A DNA stretch of 54,983 nt, taken from a virus (Duplodnaviria > Caudoviricetes). Numbering within the stretch: the stretch's first letter is position 1; each line of letters opens with the position of its first letter. Positions 25,974-32,240 of this stretch are shown here, piece after piece. Location of the stretch: IMG/VR virus record IMGVR_UViG_3300043466_000937, positions 1 through 54,983 of that record; one strand, 5' to 3'. The translations under genes and the position numbers were made by a program. Under the pieces are notes generated by a model. It was given only the letters and a program-made list of their open reading frames with translations. It was not told the DNA's origin and searched no databases.

Positions 25974-26126
25974 ATGAGACTATATAAAGTAAAAGAGTTT
26001 GTCATTGAAGAAACGGGAGTAAAGGTTACCATTCTTGGTGATGTTGAAACCAGAGGCGCAGCATACGCTGAGGCTCATCTGAAATGGCCAAAGATATTAT
26101 CGTTGAAGGAATACGAAAAACACTGA
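25974..26126 (+). CDS. hypothetical 50-aa ORF overlapping the tmRNA acceptor piece (not in ORF track)
   Basis: MRLYKVKEFVIEETG...LKEYEKH; stop TGA lies in helix P2a. Confidence 0.4.
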   Translation: MRLYKVKEFVIEETGVKVTILGDVETRGAAYAEAHLKWPKILSLKEYEKH

Positions 26127-26158
26127 GGACGGGGGTGCAAATCCCCCCTGCTCCACCA
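26096..26158 (+). ncRNA. ssrA: permuted tmRNA, acceptor piece (5' boundary uncertain, may extend upstream)
   Basis: GAC + T-arm GGGGG-TGCAAAT-CCCCC + acceptor 3' strand CTGCTCC + A-CCA; ACACTGAG and ATTATC pair with the coding piece. Confidence 0.92.
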
Positions 26159-26483
26159 TAAAGACTGAGATGCCGTTTAAAAGACAGGAAGATAGAAACA
26201 GATATAACGCGAAAAAAGTACAGGAAAGAAGAGAGTTTCTTGATAACTACAAACTCCAAAAAGGATGTGAGATTTGTGGATACGACAAACACCCAAAAGC
26301 ACTGTGCTTTGATCATATTGATCCTATGACAAAACATAAAGATTACTCATCTAAGAATATGACGAGATGGAGTATTGATATGTTGACAGAGGAAATAGCG
26401 AAGTGCCGCGTTTTATGTGCTAACTGTCATAATATAGAGACGTTTGAAAAAGAACATCATCGGTTAAACAAGCAGTCTTTATG
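26157..26483 (+). repeat. 11-bp inverted repeat closing the tmRNA intervening segment
   Basis: CATAAAGACTG (26157-26167) / CAGTCTTTATG (26473-26483). Confidence 0.9.
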
Positions 26484-26484
26484 A
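26170..26484 (+). CDS. HNH endonuclease inside the tmRNA intervening segment
   Basis: CEICG...FDHIDP...KCRVLCANCH zinc-binding HNH pattern. Confidence 0.88.
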   Translation: MPFKRQEDRNRYNAKKVQERREFLDNYKLQKGCEICGYDKHPKALCFDHIDPMTKHKDYSSKNMTRWSIDMLTEEIAKCRVLCANCHNIETFEKEHHRLNKQSL

Positions 26485-26485
26485 C

Positions 26486-26653
26486 GGGGCAGAATTTAGG
26501 ATCGACTGAGTGTAGAATAGTTGACTGGAGATAATCGTAGGCGACTACGTACAAGCGCAAAACTCTAAATGCAAACGATAACTTTGCACCTCGTATGGCA
26601 CTAGCTGCCTAACATGCGCTCGGAGGGGGCGTGGAAACAGAACCCCTCCACCA
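26486..26653 (+). ncRNA. ssrA: permuted tmRNA, coding piece (tag ANDNFAPRMALAA at 26571-26612)
   Basis: 5' GGGGCAG-AATTTAGGATCGAC; G3.U70 pair with the acceptor piece; pk1 CGTAG/CTACG + GCG/CGC; resume codon GCA; terminal hairpin with TGGAAACAGAA loop. Confidence 0.92.
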
Positions 26654-26667
26654 ATACTTTGCGCTAG

Positions 26668-26745
26668 TGCCAGTTTTAGGCGCATCGTACAATGAACTGG
26701 CAAAACGGAACGCCGTGTCTCCGTTGCAACAAACCTAAACACGGC
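26668..26745 (+). ncRNA. candidate structured RNA (double pseudoknot) in the leader of the 84-aa gene
   Basis: four perfect helices found by hand: TGCCAGTT/AACTGGCA, AACGGA/TCCGTT, GCCGTGT/ACACGGC, TTAGG/CCTAA. Confidence 0.55.
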
Positions 26746-26776
26746 ACCTTAACACACATGACACAGGAGAAATATC

Positions 26777-27031
26777 ATGTCAAAGAACCCTTACGAAATC
26801 CGTTTAGAACTGCTTGCGATGGCACAATCCATCATAACGGAGCAAGCTATGAATGATCGCATTCGTCTTGAAAACGATTGGGGTCTCGCAAGAGAGAAAG
26901 CATCTATTCAGCTCTCTTCTGGTGATACGAAGATTGATCTTCCACCTTTTCCAGAAGTACCAAAGATCAGTGAAGACGCTATCATCAAGATGGCTGAAAA
27001 GCTGAACGCATTCGTATCTAAGAACGACTAA
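26777..27031 (+). CDS. conserved phage hypothetical protein
   Basis: MSKNPYEIRLELL.MA...AEKLNAFVS; SD AGGAG. Confidence 0.8.
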   Translation: MSKNPYEIRLELLAMAQSIITEQAMNDRIRLENDWGLAREKASIQLSSGDTKIDLPPFPEVPKISEDAIIKMAEKLNAFVSKND

Positions 27032-27034
27032 ATA
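27027..27034 (+). promoter_or_regulatory. T4-type late promoter variant
   Basis: ACTAAATA 30 nt upstream of the MotA-like gene. Confidence 0.5.
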
Positions 27035-27064
27035 ATACTGACACTAAAAAATAGCGAGGTCAGT

Positions 27065-27523
27065 ATGCAATTATTCAAGCCATTCTATATCTGGTGGGTC
27101 ACAAATCTAGCAGTCGCGTCTGGTGTTTTCTGGGCATGGCACACTGGCATCATTACCAAAATCTGGTATGATGATGTGACATTGATTACATCTGCCCTCG
27201 CTGTTCTCTATGTTATCACAACAGGACTTATTGGCTACGTTGCGTATACCAAAGACTATACAAGCAAGATTGTAGATGCTTGCTGGTTTCTATCTGAGCA
27301 AATGCTTGCACTTGGTATGTTAGGTACTGTTGTCGGCTTCATCTATCTTCTATCTTCAGGTATTTCATCCGCATCTGTTAGTGATCCAACAAGTCTAGCA
27401 ACTCTGCTGGCTAATATGTCTGTTGGTCTCGGCATCGCACTGTACACGAATGCAGTTGGTATCTTAGCAAGTCTAATATCAAAGACATTGCTATATGCGG
27501 TAACATACGATCATGAAGAATAA
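27065..27523 (+). CDS. MotA/TolQ/ExbB proton-channel family protein
   Basis: four hydrophobic segments; LGMLGTVVG and GLGIALYT..VG motifs. Confidence 0.82.
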   Translation: MQLFKPFYIWWVTNLAVASGVFWAWHTGIITKIWYDDVTLITSALAVLYVITTGLIGYVAYTKDYTSKIVDACWFLSEQMLALGMLGTVVGFIYLLSSGISSASVSDPTSLATLLANMSVGLGIALYTNAVGILASLISKTLLYAVTYDHEE

Positions 27524-28154
27524 AAAGTTTGACTTCCGAACAGCATACATTGATCTGCTAATCAATCTGCTGACTGGCACGGTTGTTCTATTCATTCTCA
27601 CAACTCTTCTCATTGCACCTGTCACGCAACAAAACGAAGGTATCAAGAAGAATGCAGATTATGTTATCACGCTAGAATGGCCAAACGAACTGGACTGTGA
27701 CGTTGACTTGTGGGTGCGTGATCCTCAAAACAATATCGTATCATATCGCTTTCTTGAAGCAGGCTTGATGTACTTTGAGCGTGATGATATGGGCAAGCGC
27801 CGTAGTATCTACGAGATAGATGGCAAAGAAGTTGTCATTGATCCAGACAACAAAGAGTTCGTAACTCTGCGCGGTACATTTCCCGGAGAGTATATTGTCA
27901 ATCTTCATGTCTACTCATGCTTAGACAGCGAAAAGAATTTAGGACTGCCAGCAGGAACTCTCATGGAAGTACCTGTGAAGATTGAGATTGTCAGAATCAA
28001 TCCAACGTACATTGTTGTTAAGCACATTGAAATGAAAATGGAAAGTGTATGGCAAGAGAAGACAGCTATTCGCTTTGTGATGGACAACAAGAAGAACATT
28101 CTTCGGTTCAAGAATGATTATGTTTCCGTTAGAACAGGAAAGACAGCACCATGA
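27513..28154 (+). CDS. single-pass ExbD/TolR/MotB-like partner with YfaP-like periplasmic domain
   Basis: AYIDLLINLL TM segment with Asp; LEW...DVDLWVRDP...RDD.G...E...PGEY.VNLHVY. Confidence 0.65.
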   Translation: MKNKKFDFRTAYIDLLINLLTGTVVLFILTTLLIAPVTQQNEGIKKNADYVITLEWPNELDCDVDLWVRDPQNNIVSYRFLEAGLMYFERDDMGKRRSIYEIDGKEVVIDPDNKEFVTLRGTFPGEYIVNLHVYSCLDSEKNLGLPAGTLMEVPVKIEIVRINPTYIVVKHIEMKMESVWQEKTAIRFVMDNKKNILRFKNDYVSVRTGKTAP

Positions 28155-28735
28155 CACAAACAATTCTCTTGTTCATCGCGCTATTTGTTGCTATAATACT
28201 AGCTGCATCATTCTACTGGAACAGCAAGATACTGAAGTTCATCACGATTGCATTCTTTGTGCTTCTAGCAAATGCTATTTACTTCTCACTTGATGGCGTC
28301 AAGGGATGGCCGTCAGAAGATACAAGAGTTGTCAAAGGACTTCTTGCATCTGTTGTGATTGTCAATCCATCTAACACGGACGATGGAGCAATCTATATCA
28401 GCATATTCCCTACCACACCAAAAAAGTGGTATGAGTATGACTATCCAAGATATGCACCAAAGACTTTCTATGTGAAGTATTCCAATGATCGTGCTGCACA
28501 GTTTGAAGAAGCAAAGCAGGCCATGGAAGAGGGCAAGGAAGTCCGTATCAATGGTATACCACCTGAGAATGCTGCGCCTGGTGAAGGCGAAGGAACAGGT
28601 GATGACAGTATCTCTGGTATGATTAACCAGATTATAGATAGAGTCATGTCTCCACAAAGAGACACATATAAACCAAAAGTGCCTGATGTTGAAATCATAA
28701 CACCTGAGGTTCCACCACAGAAAGGAACAAAGTAA
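28151..28735 (+). CDS. membrane protein with two TMs and Pro-rich tail
   Basis: two N-terminal TMs, KGWPS, C-terminal PKVPDVEIITPEVPP. Confidence 0.7.
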   Translation: MTQTILLFIALFVAIILAASFYWNSKILKFITIAFFVLLANAIYFSLDGVKGWPSEDTRVVKGLLASVVIVNPSNTDDGAIYISIFPTTPKKWYEYDYPRYAPKTFYVKYSNDRAAQFEEAKQAMEEGKEVRINGIPPENAAPGEGEGTGDDSISGMINQIIDRVMSPQRDTYKPKVPDVEIITPEVPPQKGTK

Positions 28736-29718
28736 TGAAAAAGTTTTTAGCAGTCAGTCTTTTAGCATTAGCACTAGTAGGCTGCAATGAAATGTCAGCG
28801 AAAGAGATATACAACATAAGCGTTGATGGTGTTGTTCTCATTCAGAACAGAATAGATGCATCTAATGGTGGATCAGGCACTGGCTTTATTCTTGAAGACA
28901 ATCAGATTGTTACAAACCACCATGTCATCGGCGGTCAGGGCAAAATTTTTGTGTTCTCTAGCAAGTCTGGTAAAGAGTATGAAGCTCAAGTAGTCTACGC
29001 GGATCCTGTTGCAGATATAGCAGTCATTCAATTGAAAGATTGGGAACTCTATGAGAAGAATGAGAACCCTGTTAATCTCATTCTTGGTAATAGTAATTAT
29101 ATGAAGCCTGGTGATAAGATTGTGGTCATCGGTCATCCTTGGGGATTAACATGGACTGTATCTGAAGGTATTATCTCAGGTAAGCATCGCCGTGTCGGAC
29201 AAAATCCAAAGTTTGTAGATCAAATTGACGCCAATCTATTTCAAGGCAATTCAGGCGGCCCAATCTTCAATGAGAACGGGCAGATCATCTGTGTGAGTAA
29301 TATGATGCTTGCAATGGAAGGTGGATCATATGGCTTCTGTGTTCCTTCCAATCTTGTGAAGAAGGTCGTTTATGACTTTAACACTCTAGGTGAAGTGCGC
29401 TGGAGAGTATTGAACATATCAGCAGATTTGACAGACGATAAACAGTCTGTTATAATTCGTGAATTGGAACTTGATGGTGCTGCTGCAAAGGCAGGATTAA
29501 ATCAGAACGATATTATCATGGGCATTTCAACAACAAAAAATGCCGCGACCATCAAGAAGGTATCAAATCCAAATGATCTGATTACTGAGCTTGCAATGCT
29601 ATTTGGTGATAATGAAGAGATTATTTTATTGATTGATAGAAAAGGTGAAAAGATGATGATCAATGTGAAAACAAACTACAGAAAGTCTAGCGAGTACTCA
29701 CCAGATCAGGCAAAGTGA
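28735..29718 (+). CDS. HtrA/DegP-like trypsin serine protease lipoprotein with PDZ domain
   Basis: lipobox LVGC; triad VTNHHV / DIAVI / GNSGGP; AAKAGL..NDII PDZ motif. Confidence 0.9.
   Translation: MKKFLAVSLLALALVGCNEMSAKEIYNISVDGVVLIQNRIDASNGGSGTGFILEDNQIVTNHHVIGGQGKIFVFSSKSGKEYEAQVVYADPVADIAVIQLKDWELYEKNENPVNLILGNSNYMKPGDKIVVIGHPWGLTWTVSEGIISGKHRRVGQNPKFVDQIDANLFQGNSGGPIFNENGQIICVSNMMLAMEGGSYGFCVPSNLVKKVVYDFNTLGEVRWRVLNISADLTDDKQSVIIRELELDGAAAKAGLNQNDIIMGISTTKNAATIKKVSNPNDLITELAMLFGDNEEIILLIDRKGEKMMINVKTNYRKSSEYSPDQAK
29428..29456 (+). promoter_or_regulatory. consensus sigma70 promoter inside the protease gene
   Basis: TTGACA-N17-TATAAT, perfect match. Confidence 0.7.
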
Positions 29719-29719
29719 T

Positions 29720-29947
29720 ATGCCCAATAAAGATGAAATTACCAACTTCTCTCTGGTCATTGAGACTTTGGCCAGAGAGAAGTGCATACCTTACATGGAT
29801 GCAATTCTATTACACTGTGAGAATACTGGACTTGAAGTAGAAGTCGCAGCCAAACTCATTTCTGGTGTGCTGAAATCCAAAGTCAAGAATGAAGCAGAAG
29901 AACTTCATTTTCTGCCGAAGTCAAATACAGCAAAACTTCCTATCTGA
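29720..29947 (+). CDS. gp33: late transcription coactivator gp33
   Basis: YMDAIL.CE..GLEVE..AKLIS..LK.K...EA..L.FL; synteny with gp59 and gp32. Confidence 0.88.
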   Translation: MPNKDEITNFSLVIETLAREKCIPYMDAILLHCENTGLEVEVAAKLISGVLKSKVKNEAEELHFLPKSNTAKLPI

Positions 29948-29956
29948 GGATACATT

Positions 29957-30610
29957 ATGATCGTTGAAGATGTTTTTGATTCTTTCGAGAGAAAGAAAAT
30001 TCTTCATATGAAGAGTACTGCTAAGTCTCATATGCAGCTGGTGCTAAATGAAAAAATATTTGTGAGTGTTGGGCATTATCTTGTTGTCTCTGGTAATGCA
30101 TTTACTTCATGGCATGATCAAAGTGAACTTAAAGACATTGATGTGTTCGTGCTAGGCGATGATGTTGCAAAACACCAACTTCGTAAATATCTTGCAAACA
30201 ATGGTTTTAAACACAAAGATATTGAATATCTGAAGCAAACAAATCCTGGTGCAACTCATGTTCAAGAAGTTTGGGAAGCCGTAAGTCATGGTAAAAAGTA
30301 TCAGTTCATCTTTACTGATTATTGGGATCGCAAGGATCTGATCAAAGAGTTTGATTACAAGCATTGCATGGTATCATATGCTGTAGGCAAGGACATAATT
30401 TACATTACTCGCTCCATTTATGATGCTATTGATCACAAGCATCTTATCGTTAATAATAAGAATAGAGTTGCAGAATGGCGCCGCAATAAGTTTCTTCAGC
30501 GCGGCTTTACTGAGCCTACAAAAGCAGAGGAACAATTTGTTACTTGGACAAATCATGCCTATCAGACTTTTGCAACCAGACTTACACAGGAACTAATAGA
30601 GATTGCATAA
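29957..30610 (+). CDS. nucleotidyltransferase-like protein (pol-beta/CCA head-domain-like)
   Basis: VSGNAF.S...KDIDVF, QFI, FDYKHC, R..KF..RGF. Confidence 0.55.
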   Translation: MIVEDVFDSFERKKILHMKSTAKSHMQLVLNEKIFVSVGHYLVVSGNAFTSWHDQSELKDIDVFVLGDDVAKHQLRKYLANNGFKHKDIEYLKQTNPGATHVQEVWEAVSHGKKYQFIFTDYWDRKDLIKEFDYKHCMVSYAVGKDIIYITRSIYDAIDHKHLIVNNKNRVAEWRRNKFLQRGFTEPTKAEEQFVTWTNHAYQTFATRLTQELIEIA

Positions 30611-31200
30611 TGAAATTGTCTGGTTACGAAACTTACTGTACCTATCTTGCATTGAAGAACCATTTTACTCGTGACAACTATGATTTCTTCAAGTACAATG
30701 GTAAAGTTTCTGCAAGCAAAGAATCTTTTCTAAACAGACAGGACAGGTTCAAGTTTGAGAAGCTGTCAAGAAAGTGTGATGATGTAAAGACACACATTGC
30801 ACTTTGTTTCATGGCAGATAGGACATGGATTGGTGATATGTTAGATGATGATGCTTTTGAATTTTATCAAAGACACAAGCGAAAAGTCCAATCCATGTCC
30901 TACGATTTTAAGAATGAATTGGAACACATTGATGATATCAAGTCTCTATTCAAACTAGAAGACAATAATTATCCTAAGTTCCTCAATGAATACATGCGAG
31001 GTGATATGTCTTTCGAGACGCTGATTATTCTCAACTCATTCATTGATTTCATTCCTAAGTTTGATGCTAAACTCAAGGACGACTTTTTGTGGTCCAAGTT
31101 TAGCTTCAAGGCACGGAAGTTTGCTCCGTTTCTGTTATCTCAGATAGACAGAAAAAAGTTCAAACAAATACTAAAAGACCATATAAAGGTTACTATATAA
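30610..31200 (+). CDS. gp59: helicase loader gp59
   Basis: YLALKNHFT...YDFFKYNGKV...F..R.D...FEKL. Confidence 0.9.
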   Translation: MKLSGYETYCTYLALKNHFTRDNYDFFKYNGKVSASKESFLNRQDRFKFEKLSRKCDDVKTHIALCFMADRTWIGDMLDDDAFEFYQRHKRKVQSMSYDFKNELEHIDDIKSLFKLEDNNYPKFLNEYMRGDMSFETLIILNSFIDFIPKFDAKLKDDFLWSKFSFKARKFAPFLLSQIDRKKFKQILKDHIKVTI

Positions 31201-31229
31201 TTGACAGAGGGAGATTCCTCTGATAACAT
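31201..31229 (+). promoter_or_regulatory. sigma70-type promoter for gp32
   Basis: TTGACA-N17-TAACAT. Confidence 0.6.
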
Positions 31230-31265
31230 ATACAAATTATACAACGAAACATACGGAGAAAATAC

Positions 31266-32189
31266 ATGACAAACTTTGCTGCACTTAAGAAGACCTCTTC
31301 TGACATCTCTCGCCTCACCAAAGAAATCGAAAAGATCAACAATCCAGAATCCAGCACTGAGTATGAAGAAGATACTCGTTTCTGGAAGCTTACTCGTGAC
31401 AAGTCGGGTAATGGTTCTGCTATCATTCGTTTTCTTCCTGGTCCTGCTGTGGATGGTGATGATGCTCTTCCTTGGGTGCGTTATTTCGATCATTGGTTCA
31501 AGGGTCCCACTGGTAAGTGGTTTGTTGAAAACTCTCTGACGACCTTCGGTAAGAAGGATCCTGTGTCAGAGTACAACTCTACTCTTTGGGGTGATTCTTC
31601 AATCAAGGAAGAGTCCTATCGTCCTCTTGAGCGTAAGCAGGCTCGTGAACAGAAGCGCAGACTTCATTATGTCTCTAACATCTACATTGTCTCTGATCCT
31701 GCAAATCGTGAGAACGAAGGTAAGGTGTTTCTGTTCAAGTATGGTAAGAAGATTTTTGATAAGATCACTCTTTCCATGAAGCCTGAGTATGAAGGTGATC
31801 AAGCAGTTGTTCCTTTTGATCTTTGGAAGGGTGCTAATCTGAAGCTTCGCTGTCGTACAGTCGCAGGTTATCCCAACTACGATCAGTCTCTTTGGGACTC
31901 ACCGTCTGCACTTAGCGATGATGATAATACACTTGAGAAGATTTGGAAGTCTGAATACTCTCTCAAGGAGTTCATTGATCCTAAGAACTACAAGTCTTAC
32001 GATGAACTGAAGAAGCGTTTGAATGAGGTTCTGATGTTGAATGACCAGATCACCGATTCGGTCACTTCTTCAAAGCAGTCTAATGATGTTGCTTCGTCAA
32101 AGCCGACATTTGATGGTCCAAAGACCAAGACTTATGATGATGCAAGTCTTGATGAAGATGAAGACTACTTCAAGAACCTGATTGACTAA
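31266..32189 (+). CDS. gp32: single-stranded DNA-binding protein gp32
   Basis: D.RFWKL..DKSGNGSAIIRFLP, ENSLTT, KYGKKIFDKI, NYD.S, acidic tail. Confidence 0.96.
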   Translation: MTNFAALKKTSSDISRLTKEIEKINNPESSTEYEEDTRFWKLTRDKSGNGSAIIRFLPGPAVDGDDALPWVRYFDHWFKGPTGKWFVENSLTTFGKKDPVSEYNSTLWGDSSIKEESYRPLERKQAREQKRRLHYVSNIYIVSDPANRENEGKVFLFKYGKKIFDKITLSMKPEYEGDQAVVPFDLWKGANLKLRCRTVAGYPNYDQSLWDSPSALSDDDNTLEKIWKSEYSLKEFIDPKNYKSYDELKKRLNEVLMLNDQITDSVTSSKQSNDVASSKPTFDGPKTKTYDDASLDEDEDYFKNLID

Positions 32190-32210
32190 TAAAAAGTAAG
32201 TGCGACTGAG

Positions 32211-32240
32211 AAAAGGGAGAGTTTCGGCTCTCCCTTTTTT
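32211..32240. terminator. bidirectional intrinsic terminator between convergent genes
   Basis: AAAAGGGAGAGT-TTCG-GCTCTCCCTTTTTT. Confidence 0.9.

Noticed and set aside
26131-26158. T-arm + CCA read as a tRNA gene remnant or integration att-site duplication
   Set aside because: It pairs exactly with GGGGCAG at 26486, there is no second copy of the 3' end, and no integrase is present; permuted tmRNA explains it fully
26159-26485. Group I intron interrupting tmRNA
   Set aside because: The segment is filled by the ORF, leaving no room for a ribozyme core, and it lies between CCA and the 5' end rather than in the T-loop
26026-26742. Minus-strand ORFs 26026-26337 and 26545-26742
   Set aside because: Antisense to tmRNA and HNH, with no recognisable protein features
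26668-26745. HDV-like/theta ribozyme or SAM-II/preQ1 riboswitch identity for the structured element
   Set aside because: No P3/L3/P1.1 arrangement and no ligand-binding consensus that I can recognise; kept as an unknown motif
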